DNA of 64,000 nt from Nitrosopumilus sp. (GTDB lineage: Bacteria > Desulfobacterota > Binatia > UBA1149 > SPBQ01), in assembly GCA_964225545.1 (NCBI GenBank), contig CAXQPB010000119.1, positions 997 through 64,996 on the forward strand. Reading direction: 5' to 3'. The notes under the pieces are model-generated. The model saw nothing but the letters and a program-made list of their open reading frames with translations. It was not told where the DNA came from and did not search any database. Below, piece by piece: positions 41,818-50,389 of this stretch. The first letter of the stretch is position 1; each line of letters opens with the position of its first letter. Position numbers and translations under genes: made by a program.

Positions 41818-43182
41818 CTGCTCGCTCCATGGAATCTGTTCGCACCGCACGCCGGTCGGCAACTCGCGTTTTTCCTGGATCGGGCGGGTCCCGACGCCTG
41901 GTCGTTCTCGGGCTCCGACCCCACTGCGCTGCTGATCGTCGAGAGCTCCGGCGCGGTTCGCCGAATCGAGCGCGGGGTTTCGTCTGCGCGCCGCCTCGAC
42001 TGCGATCCCATCGAGGCCATCGAACATTTCGTCGCACAGAGCCAGTCCCGCGTCCGTGCTGAGCCGTTCACGGACAACGTTGTTCTCCCGCGCGTGGTCG
42101 GCCACCTCTCCTACGAGCTCGGACGTTACACCGAGCCGGTACGACTCGAAGGACTCGACCCGACCGGCCTGCCGCTGTCGATTCTCGCCCGCTACGATGA
42201 ATTCGACGCCTGGCATCCCCGATTCGGGATGCGACGGAACATTCGTTTCCGCGACGCTGTGGCGACCGCTTCAGGCCTCAGCCTCGAAAGCCTGCCGTCG
42301 CCGCAGGTGTCCGACCTCGAGGATCCGTACGACCGGCACAGACCGGACGATCCCGCCGGACCGGAATACCGGCGTAGCTTCGAACGGATCGTCGATGCGA
42401 TACGCGCCGGAGAGATTTATCAGGCCAATCTCTCGCGACGCATCAGTGTCCCGTGGCCGGTCGAAGCGGTCACGGCGTACCGCCAGCTCCGTGTCCGACA
42501 GCCTGTACCGCAGGGCGCGTGTCTCGGCCTCCACCACTGGGAGATCCTCAGCAACTCACCGGAAACGTTCCTGGTCGTGAACGGCGACTCCGTCGCCACG
42601 ATTCCGATCAAAGGCACACGACCGAGGGGCACGACGGCGGACGAGGATCGGCGCGCACGCATGGCGCTCCAGAGCGACCCGAAGGAACTTGCCGAACACA
42701 TCATGATCGTCGACCTGGAGCGCAACGATCTCGGCCGGGTCTGCCAGATCGGCAGCGTGGCCGTCGAACGCCCAGCCTTCGTGCAGTCTTTTCGAACCCT
42801 TCACCACCTTGTATCCGAGGTACGTGGGCGCTTGCGCGAAGATTGCGGTCTCGCGGACCTGCTGAGGGCGACATTCCCAGGTGGCTCCATTACAGGTGCA
42901 CCGAAGATCCGAGCAATGCAGATCATCGACGAGGTCGAGACCGGCGGGCGAGGCGTCTATACGGGCGCAGTCGGCTCGTTCAACGGGCCGCGCTCGGTGA
43001 ACCTGAACATTGCCATCCGCACGGCGGTCGCCGCCGCAGGCCGGCTGACATACTGTACCGGCGGCGGCATCGTGGCCGACTCGGGCCTGCAGGACGAGTG
43101 GGACGAGACCGTGACCAAGGCGAGGGCGTTCCTCGAAGTGACCGGACTCCGAACGCCCGCCAATCAGGAGAGGGCTTCATGA
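41818..43182 (+). CDS. pabB: Aminodeoxychorismate synthase component I (chorismate-binding)
   Basis: GHLSYELG, GEIYQANLS, SPETF, PIKGTRPRG, IVDLERNDLG, FPGGSITGAPK; frame stays open upstream to 41815; start uncertain. Confidence 0.88.
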   Translation: MLAPWNLFAPHAGRQLAFFLDRAGPDAWSFSGSDPTALLIVESSGAVRRIERGVSSARRLDCDPIEAIEHFVAQSQSRVRAEPFTDNVVLPRVVGHLSYELGRYTEPVRLEGLDPTGLPLSILARYDEFDAWHPRFGMRRNIRFRDAVATASGLSLESLPSPQVSDLEDPYDRHRPDDPAGPEYRRSFERIVDAIRAGEIYQANLSRRISVPWPVEAVTAYRQLRVRQPVPQGACLGLHHWEILSNSPETFLVVNGDSVATIPIKGTRPRGTTADEDRRARMALQSDPKELAEHIMIVDLERNDLGRVCQIGSVAVERPAFVQSFRTLHHLVSEVRGRLREDCGLADLLRATFPGGSITGAPKIRAMQIIDEVETGGRGVYTGAVGSFNGPRSVNLNIAIRTAVAAAGRLTYCTGGGIVADSGLQDEWDETVTKARAFLEVTGLRTPANQERAS

Positions 43183-44069
43183 AGTCGAAGTTCTGCTACC
43201 TCAGCGGACGTTACGTCGAGACTGACAAGGCGATGATCTCGGCCCTGGACCGCGGCTTTCTTTTCGGCGAGGGGCTGTTCGAGACCTGGCGAACGTATCG
43301 AGGGCTGCCGTTCGCGCTGCGCGAGCACGTTCAGCGCATGGCGCGCTCCGCGAAGAGTCTGAAGATTCCGTTCGACGCCGGCGCAGACTGGAAAGGCCGC
43401 ACCATCGAGCTCGCCAGGCGCAACAGGATGACCGATTACGGTGGAGCAATCCGCCTGACGATCACCGCCGGATCCGGCGAGGTGACGCTGATCCCGACGG
43501 CCCTGAAAAAACCGACACAGCTCATGCTGTTCCGTCCGCTCGAGCCGGGCCTGGCAGAGGCGCGCGAGGGTGGCGTCGGAGTCCACCTGATGGATTTCGG
43601 CTCCGGCGTGAGCGAGAGCTTCCGGAATCTCAAGACTCTGAACTACCTGCCCGCGGTGCGAGGAAAGGTCGAGGCCCGCAAGCGCGGCTGTTTCGAGTCT
43701 CTTTACCGCCTCAAGGATGGAACCGTCCTCGAGGGCACAACCAGCAATTTCTTCGTCGTCAAGGACGGCAAGCTGCATACGACCCCGGTCGACGACGGCA
43801 TTCTTCCCGGTGTCACACGGGCGCTCGTGCTGAAGGTCGCCTCACGCGTGGCTCCGGTGATCGAGCGCAGACTCCACGTCGATGACCTGCTCGAGGCCGA
43901 CGAGCTGTTTCTTACATCATCGACCATCGAGGTCGTGCCGATCATTCGTATCGACAAGCGCAAGGCGGGCGGCGGCACGGCCGGGGAGCTCACCCGCGAA
44001 CTTCAGCAACGTTACCGAAAATACGCAGCGCGACGGCTGGGCGTGAAAGTCGAAGAACTCGGAGAGTGA
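43179..44069 (+). CDS. Class IV PLP enzyme, probably aminodeoxychorismate lyase (PabC-like)
   Basis: DRGFLFGEGLFET, LKTLNY, EGTTSNFF, GILPGVTR; ATGA-coupled to pabB. Confidence 0.88.
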   Translation: MKSKFCYLSGRYVETDKAMISALDRGFLFGEGLFETWRTYRGLPFALREHVQRMARSAKSLKIPFDAGADWKGRTIELARRNRMTDYGGAIRLTITAGSGEVTLIPTALKKPTQLMLFRPLEPGLAEAREGGVGVHLMDFGSGVSESFRNLKTLNYLPAVRGKVEARKRGCFESLYRLKDGTVLEGTTSNFFVVKDGKLHTTPVDDGILPGVTRALVLKVASRVAPVIERRLHVDDLLEADELFLTSSTIEVVPIIRIDKRKAGGGTAGELTRELQQRYRKYAARRLGVKVEELGE

Positions 44070-44079
44070 TCCGCCGACT

Positions 44080-44391
44080 TCAGCGAGCGACGAGCAGGGT
44101 AATCACGTACGCGAGCGACGCCCCGAGTACTCCCCACAGCGCATCCGTCTTCGTCCCCGGGCGGTCCCTGGTGGCAAGTTCGAACGCCCAGACACCGATC
44201 GCCATCGGCGCGAGCAGTGCCAGTATCGCCCAAGGCATGGGACGCAGGTTCGGGTCGGCGGACACGGTCTGGGGATCGAGCATCCGCCACTCGATCGCAT
44301 AGACCACCAGTGCGATGAGAACGATACGGACGATCCGCGTCAACGGATTGTCCGCCTCGGGCGCTCGGTCTGTGGGGTTCGGTCGTTTCAT
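44080..44391 (-). CDS. Small hypothetical membrane protein
   Basis: Three hydrophobic segments; fills the gap between pabC-like and methyltransferase genes. Confidence 0.6.
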   Translation of the reverse strand: MKRPNPTDRAPEADNPLTRIVRIVLIALVVYAIEWRMLDPQTVSADPNLRPMPWAILALLAPMAIGVWAFELATRDRPGTKTDALWGVLGASLAYVITLLVAR

Positions 44392-44453
44392 GCAACAGGA
44401 ATGGGCTAACATGAGAACGCGGAGCGGGCGAGCATCGCCCTCGGCAGAACCCG

Positions 44454-45242
44454 ATGCAGGACCGTGAACTCACCGAGATGCACGACGTCGAGGTCGGCCA
44501 CTGGTGGTACGCCGGAAAGCGCGTGCTTTTCCGGCGTCTTCTGGGCCAGCGGCTCCGACAACCCACGATGCGCATCCTCGACGTCGGCGGCGGAACCGGC
44601 GCCGTCGCGGTCGATCTCGCCTCTGCCGCTCCGCAGGCCTGGATCTGCACGGCGGACCGCAGCGCCACAGCCGCCGCGTTCGCTCGCGACCGCGGGGTCC
44701 GGAACGTGGTGGTTGCGGACGCCGGCGCGATCCCCTTCGACTCGGACTGCCTCGATCTCGTGATCGCCTTCGATATCATCGAGCATCTCGACGACGACGC
44801 GGCCATGCTGCGTGATGTCGCCAGGGTCCTGAGGCCGGGCGGTGCAGTCGCGATCCATGTCCCCGCCTGGCCATCGCTGTGGTCACGCCACGATGAGATT
44901 CTCGAACACAAGCGCCGGTACACGCGCCGCGGGCTCCGCACGCTGCTCGATCGGGCCGGCTTCCGGGTCGAGTACCTCGGCTGGGCGAGCGCGTCGATCT
45001 TTCTGCCGGCGATGGTTCTGCGGAGAGTCCGGCGTCTGCTCGGCGCTGAGAGCGAGCAGCAGGACGAGTTCTCATTGCCGGGTCCTCTCAACCGGTTGAT
45101 GCTCGCCGTTTACCGGCTCGAGTCCGCCATCGCCGCCAGCATCGGCTTGCCCTTCGGAATGTCGTTGGCGGCGATCGCGACGCCGCGCGATCAGGGAAGG
45201 TCGAAGACGAACATCGAACCGACCCGCGCGACCGGTTCGTAA
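44454..45242 (+). CDS. Class I SAM-dependent methyltransferase
   Basis: HWWYAGKR, ILDVGGGTG, FDIIEHL, LRPGG, VPA..SLWS.HD. Confidence 0.9.
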   Translation: MQDRELTEMHDVEVGHWWYAGKRVLFRRLLGQRLRQPTMRILDVGGGTGAVAVDLASAAPQAWICTADRSATAAAFARDRGVRNVVVADAGAIPFDSDCLDLVIAFDIIEHLDDDAAMLRDVARVLRPGGAVAIHVPAWPSLWSRHDEILEHKRRYTRRGLRTLLDRAGFRVEYLGWASASIFLPAMVLRRVRRLLGAESEQQDEFSLPGPLNRLMLAVYRLESAIAASIGLPFGMSLAAIATPRDQGRSKTNIEPTRATGS

Positions 45243-46894
45243 TCCTGCAACCAGGTGTAAGTTCCCGACTTGACCCAGCCCATGCGCCCGCCGCGGTACC
45301 AGAAGTACGGCCGGCCCATGAGGAACGACGCAGAGATCGCCGTCTTGCCGCGCGTGCGGCCGCGTTCAATGGGTACGAAACGAATTCCGTAGACGTTCGG
45401 ATTGACGCGACCGAAATACGCGAGGTTCACCTGCGTGTCGCCCTCGCGCTCCATGTACTCCGACAGCCGGATGAGGTCCTGGCCCCAGTCGATGTTGGAG
45501 TCGACGAGCATCCGGTGTCCGCCTGCCGCACCGCCACCCGCTTCATTGAAAAACTGCAGATAGCGCGGACCGACCGCCAGCGTCCCGACAACCAGCCAGA
45601 GAAGTCCGATGACCGCGGCCGCCGCGACTCCGCCATCTACCGCAGTGCCGCGCGGCGTGCGGAAGCGACCCGCTCTGCGAAGCGCATCAACGATCCACGG
45701 CGATGCACCGATGAACAGAAGCGGGTACGCGGGAAGTACATGCCGTACGCCGATCTGCAGCGAATTGAAGAGCACGTTGGAGACGAACACGAGCAGCACC
45801 GGCACGTAGATGCAGTAGTCTCGATTGCCAGGGCTCTGCCCCGCTGACCATGCCCCGCTGGCGAACGCGAAGATGATCAGCAGCGGAATCGGAGTCTTCA
45901 CGGCGAACGCTGCCAGATGGTAGTACCACCAGCCGTCCGCCGACAGTTCACCGGCGAGGAAGTATGACGGCTCGCTCTGTTTGCCGACGTTGAGGACCAT
46001 GTCGATGCCGTTGATCAATGGCAGCGGAACCGGCAGGCGCAGCCACGGCATCGTGTCGCGGAGGCCGGCCAGCGAGCCGCGCGGGTCGAGGGTGGCCTCG
46101 GACAGCGGCGCGAATGAACCCTCGAAGCCATAGCCGAGATTGAAGACGAGCAGAGCGGCGAGCCCCGCAACCACCAGGTGCCGCATCCATTCGACCGGAT
46201 CCGCGCCGCGACGCTCTGTGGCCAACCGGATCACGATGCCCGCGATGACGACACCGCCGAGAATGAAACCGGACAGTTTGAGAAGCGTCGCCAGTCCGAC
46301 CGTGGCACCCACCGCGGCCGCCCGTCCCGTCGATGGCGAATCAAGAAGACGCCACGTCGCGAACGCTGTGGCCACGAACCCGAGCGCGCCGCAAAGGTCG
46401 AGCGTTACCAGATGGCCGTGCGCGAGCATGCTCGGCGAGAAGCAGAAAAGCCCGAGAGCCATCAGCCCGGAGTGCCAGCCGTACAGCGCGGTCCCCCAGA
46501 AGAAAACGAGCACGCCCAGCAGACAGGCCATGAAGATGATCATCGTGCGCCCGCGAACGAAGATCTCCTGATAGGAGGCGGCGTTTCGGCTCTGAAGCTC
46601 GTACCCCATCGCCCAATGACCGCGGGCAGGGTCGGGGCTGAAGGCCGGCGGAGATACCAGCAGCGGCGCAGCAGCGATCATTCTCGATAAAGGAGGATTG
46701 ATCGGATCGAGTCTGAAGTCCCCGGAGTACAGGTTGTAGAGACCGAGCGGCAGGTGGACGAACTCGTCGATCGTCACCGAGTCCCTGCGCGCGCCCCACG
46801 AGGCCTGGAGAATGAACGCGGCGATCAGCGCGGCTGCGGCCAACCAGCCGAACAGCGGAATATCACGCGCACGCCGACCCGGAGACGGCGACAT
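45191..46894 (-). CDS. GT-C (ArnT/PMT-like) membrane glycosyltransferase
   Basis: DSVTIDEFVHL acidic motif after TM1, NPPL, LAHGHLVTLD, many TMs, DSNIDWGQDL. Confidence 0.82.
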   Translation of the reverse strand: MSPSPGRRARDIPLFGWLAAAALIAAFILQASWGARRDSVTIDEFVHLPLGLYNLYSGDFRLDPINPPLSRMIAAAPLLVSPPAFSPDPARGHWAMGYELQSRNAASYQEIFVRGRTMIIFMACLLGVLVFFWGTALYGWHSGLMALGLFCFSPSMLAHGHLVTLDLCGALGFVATAFATWRLLDSPSTGRAAAVGATVGLATLLKLSGFILGGVVIAGIVIRLATERRGADPVEWMRHLVVAGLAALLVFNLGYGFEGSFAPLSEATLDPRGSLAGLRDTMPWLRLPVPLPLINGIDMVLNVGKQSEPSYFLAGELSADGWWYYHLAAFAVKTPIPLLIIFAFASGAWSAGQSPGNRDYCIYVPVLLVFVSNVLFNSLQIGVRHVLPAYPLLFIGASPWIVDALRRAGRFRTPRGTAVDGGVAAAAVIGLLWLVVGTLAVGPRYLQFFNEAGGGAAGGHRMLVDSNIDWGQDLIRLSEYMEREGDTQVNLAYFGRVNPNVYGIRFVPIERGRTRGKTAISASFLMGRPYFWYRGGRMGWVKSGTYTWLQDYEPVARVGSMFVFDLP

Positions 46895-46895
46895 C

Positions 46896-48839
46896 TCAGC
46901 CCCCGAGCTCCGTGATCGTCTGCGCGATACGCGAATTTTTCGGATCGAGTTCAGCGGCGCGCCTCAGATGCATGAGCGCCTGGTTGCGCGCCCCGCGACG
47001 AGCCAGCAGAATGCCGGTGCGGAAACGCGTACGGGATTCCCTCGACGCGACGAGGTCGTAGGTGAGCATACGCTCGTAGGTCGCGATCGCGTCGTCCGTC
47101 ATACCGACCACCTGGAGCAGCGCCGCGTAGCTCTCGAGGGCGAGCGTCCGTTCGATCGGTTCCTGCCAGAAATTGACCGGCGAGGTGAGGCGTTGTTCGG
47201 TTAGTTCCCGCCATTGCGGAAAGCTTTTCGCCGCGCGATCGATTACCGCCTCGTTCCCGGCCGTCCGGACGAAAACGATGGCGACCTCGTCGAAGTAGAC
47301 AAGCGTCCAGCGCGGGTCGCTCCTCAGGACCTGGATGAGCCGGTGTCGGTTTCCCCAGCGATGGAAGAGTACGACCGTGTTGATGTCGTACTTCTCCGCC
47401 TGTTCCGCCCACACACGCGGATTACTGAGCCCCTGCATGTAGGCGGAGAAAAACTCGGTATCGTAAACCTCGAGCCGTCCATCGATGAATACACCGCCCG
47501 GTGCGGCCGGGCCCCAGGTCAGGTAGCCGCCCGCGGTCAGGTCGTTGTACACGCGACCGGGCAGCTCATGCCGGGACGCGAAATCCGCCGCGTAGATCGG
47601 AAAATTCGTCTCGAAGGTGCCGACTCCGAACTCACGGGAGACCGAGCTCCAGCGATAGTACTTGTTGGTCACGGTCGTGCCGACGAGCAGCACGCAGAAG
47701 GCGACAATCACCGGAGCGGCGAAGTCCCCGAGACGATGCAGGCTTGCCCGGGTCTTTCCAGGCAGCCGATCCACCACGGCGGACAGCGCGAGCGCGGCGA
47801 TGGGGATCGCCCCGACCGCGAAGATTCCGATGTTGCGACGCGCGAGCAGGGAGAGGTACGCAAGGACCGCGAAGACCAGCGCCAGCCCGATATCGAAACC
47901 CGGCACGGAGGGATCACTCTCGGCGCCCCGTCGTCGGCGGCGTCCCGCCGCGGCGACACTGGCGGCGACAATGATGCCGATGGTCGCGAAGAAGAACGAC
48001 TGGTAGGCCGTGATCGAGAAGGTGGTGAAGTAGTTCGAGAACGGGCGCCGGAATTCGCCGATGGCCTGGAACACGGAGTTTGACCCGTCAATCCGCGACA
48101 TCAGGTGCAGCGGAAACAGCGCACCTTCGATGAGAAACGGATTCAGCAGAGTCGCTGCTGCACAAAGCGCGGCCGCGATCAGCAGTCTGCGCTCGGTCTC
48201 AGCCGTCCAGCAGTCGGAATTCCGCCAGCCTTCAGGGACCGGCATGCGCCTCTCGAGAAGAACACCGACCGTTACGCCGCCGATCGCGGCCATGCCGATG
48301 ACGAAAAGGGAGTGCGAGTTCACCCACACGACCATCAGCGGCGCCAGCATCCAGAGCCGGCGGCCGCTGTCGCGGCCGGCTGTTACCAGCAGCCAGATCG
48401 TGAGCGCGAGGAGCGGAAACGAGACCATCTCCGGACGGATGATGAAGCGTTCCTCCAGGACCAGAACTCCCCACAACGTCAGGAGTGCGGCCGGGACCTC
48501 TCCGAGCTTCAGCAGCGCCACGCGCAGGCACAGCCAGATCGCGATCGTGAAACCTGCGGCCGCTGCGACCACCAGAGCGGTCTCGCCACCGACCGAATAC
48601 AGCGCATAGAGACAGACGTCGTACAGCCACTGCAGGTTGGTCCACGCGTGATCGGGTACCGTGAACGACAACGTATCGGTCGATGGAACGCTGCCTTCGT
48701 TCACGATCCAACGGCCGGCAGCGAGGTGCCACCAGGTATCGAAGTCATCGAGTCGTCGCAGCGAGAGTGCCGCAGCAACAGCGACGACCGATCCGGGAAG
48801 AATCCGACGTGCCGCCCGGAAAATCGCTGTTCGATTCAT
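46896..48839 (-). CDS. Polytopic membrane protein, GT-C-like, with C-terminal TPR
   Basis: DFDTWWHLAAGRWI, RPE, WVNSH, LLNP, GGYL, FIDGR; TPR-like tail ending RRAAELDPKN. Confidence 0.75.
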   Translation of the reverse strand: MNRTAIFRAARRILPGSVVAVAAALSLRRLDDFDTWWHLAAGRWIVNEGSVPSTDTLSFTVPDHAWTNLQWLYDVCLYALYSVGGETALVVAAAAGFTIAIWLCLRVALLKLGEVPAALLTLWGVLVLEERFIIRPEMVSFPLLALTIWLLVTAGRDSGRRLWMLAPLMVVWVNSHSLFVIGMAAIGGVTVGVLLERRMPVPEGWRNSDCWTAETERRLLIAAALCAAATLLNPFLIEGALFPLHLMSRIDGSNSVFQAIGEFRRPFSNYFTTFSITAYQSFFFATIGIIVAASVAAAGRRRRRGAESDPSVPGFDIGLALVFAVLAYLSLLARRNIGIFAVGAIPIAALALSAVVDRLPGKTRASLHRLGDFAAPVIVAFCVLLVGTTVTNKYYRWSSVSREFGVGTFETNFPIYAADFASRHELPGRVYNDLTAGGYLTWGPAAPGGVFIDGRLEVYDTEFFSAYMQGLSNPRVWAEQAEKYDINTVVLFHRWGNRHRLIQVLRSDPRWTLVYFDEVAIVFVRTAGNEAVIDRAAKSFPQWRELTEQRLTSPVNFWQEPIERTLALESYAALLQVVGMTDDAIATYERMLTYDLVASRESRTRFRTGILLARRGARNQALMHLRRAAELDPKNSRIAQTITELGG

Positions 48840-48866
48840 GAGAACAGGGCTACCGCGCGAAAACGA

Positions 48867-50054
48867 TCATGCTCCGGCGGCGGCTCGGGAAGCGTTGTAC
48901 GCGGACGCGTGTTCCCGTGCCCACGTGTCGGTTGTCAGCAGCGTTTCGACATCTTCGTAGCCAACGGGTTCGTGTGCCTGCATGGCGGCTTTGATGATTC
49001 GCGGAATGTCCATGAACGCGATCTCGCCCGCCAGAAAACGGGCGACTGCGATCTCGTTCGCTGCGTTGGCGACTGCCGGCATCGTCCCGCCGGCTTCGAG
49101 AGCTTCAAACGCCAGACGCAGGCATGGAAAGCGCTCACGATCCGGTTCGAAGAAGTCCAGGCGCGATGCGGCAGGGAGATCGAGGCGAGGCAGGTAGCCG
49201 AGATCGAGCAGATCCGGATAAGCGAGAACGTGCCCGATCGGTATGGTCATATCCGGGATTGCCATCACCGCGATCACCGAGCCGTCTCGATACTCGACCA
49301 TCGAATGAACGATACTTTGGGGATGAACGACGACGCCGATGTCGGCGGGCTCCTGCTCGAAGAACCACCTCGCCTCGATGACCTCGAGCCCCTTGTTCAT
49401 GAGCGAAGCGGAATCGATGGTGATCTTGTCACCCATGTCCCATGTCGGATGGCGAAGCGCCTCTTCCCGACTCACGCGCTGAAGCTGTTCCGCAGTGTGC
49501 TCCCGGAACGGGCCTCCCGAGGCCGTGAGAATGATGCGACGCACGTGCTCACGGCGACGCCCTTCGAGCGCCTGGAAGATCGCGTTGTGCTCGCTGTCGA
49601 CCGGCAGAACCGTTGACCCGGAGGCGTGGGAGCGCCGGCAGACGAGCTCGCCGCCGATGACCATCACTTCCTTGTTGGCCAGACCGATATCGATGCCCGC
49701 GTCCACGGCGGCCAGGGTCGGCTCCAGGCCTACTGCACCGACAAGGGCCGACAGCAGGATATCGGCGCGCGTGCCCGCCGCCACCTCGATCAGCCCCGTG
49801 GGCCCGTGTTCGACTCGCGGCCCGTCGCCGGGCAGCGCGCGAGCAAGCTCGGCTGCGTCCTGAGGATCCGCCACCGACACGACCTCGGGACGGAATCTCT
49901 CGATCTGCTGCTTGAGCGTCTCTACTCGCCGACCGGCGGCGAGTCCTACGACACGGAAGCGGTCTTCAAAGCGACCGATCAATTCCAGTGCCGTGGTCCC
50001 GATGGAACCGGTGGACCCGAGAATGGAGACGCGTCTGGGATTGCCGGACGCCAC
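48867..50054 (-). CDS. dxr: 1-deoxy-D-xylulose-5-phosphate reductoisomerase
   Basis: ILGSTGSIG, LANKE, PVDSEHNAIFQ, TASGGPF, HPTWDMGDKITIDSA, NAANE. Confidence 0.97.
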   Translation of the reverse strand: MASGNPRRVSILGSTGSIGTTALELIGRFEDRFRVVGLAAGRRVETLKQQIERFRPEVVSVADPQDAAELARALPGDGPRVEHGPTGLIEVAAGTRADILLSALVGAVGLEPTLAAVDAGIDIGLANKEVMVIGGELVCRRSHASGSTVLPVDSEHNAIFQALEGRRREHVRRIILTASGGPFREHTAEQLQRVSREEALRHPTWDMGDKITIDSASLMNKGLEVIEARWFFEQEPADIGVVVHPQSIVHSMVEYRDGSVIAVMAIPDMTIPIGHVLAYPDLLDLGYLPRLDLPAASRLDFFEPDRERFPCLRLAFEALEAGGTMPAVANAANEIAVARFLAGEIAFMDIPRIIKAAMQAHEPVGYEDVETLLTTDTWAREHASAYNASRAAAGA

Positions 50055-50143
50055 GATGAGTCCGCACTTATTCGCTCCCACGCAGCCTGTCAAAAAGCCG
50101 GCCGACGATGGCGACCACGGCGCGTCCACGGCCTCGAATCCCG

Positions 50144-50172
50144 TTGACAAACTCCATGCCCGGCCGTACCGT
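50144..50172 (+). promoter_or_regulatory. Sigma70-type promoter upstream of the cobalamin riboswitch
   Basis: TTGACA (50144-50149), 17-nt spacer, TACCGT (50167-50172). Confidence 0.65.
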
Positions 50173-50179
50173 CTGCGAC

Positions 50180-50347
50180 CGAGCCGTCGCGAGGCCTGCG
50201 GGCCTCGAACAATCGGGAAAGAGGTGAAAATCCTCAACTGCCCCGCAACTGTGACGGGTACGAAAGCCGCTTGAAGCCACTGGGCACGGGCCTGGGAAGG
50301 CGCGGTGAGTAGGACGAACCCTCAGTCAGGATACCGAGGCGGCTCGC
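50180..50347 (+). ncRNA. Cobalamin riboswitch
   Basis: GGGAA.GAGGTGAAAATCCTC, CTGCCCCGCAACTGT, AGCCACTG...GGGAAGG and B12 box AGTCAGGATACC, directly upstream of a TonB-dependent receptor. Confidence 0.93.
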
Positions 50348-50389
50348 ACTTCAGATCCCGGGCACGGCGAGGGCCGTGCGAGGAGGAAC

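Noticed and set aside
42453-43178. Long N-terminal extension of the class IV aminotransferase in the ORF track
   Set aside because: It overlaps pabB out of frame; the real start is ATG 43179 with a GGAG RBS and ATGA coupling.
48105-49616. 503-aa plus-strand ORF
   Set aside because: Antisense to dxr and the GT-C-like gene; no recognisable motifs.
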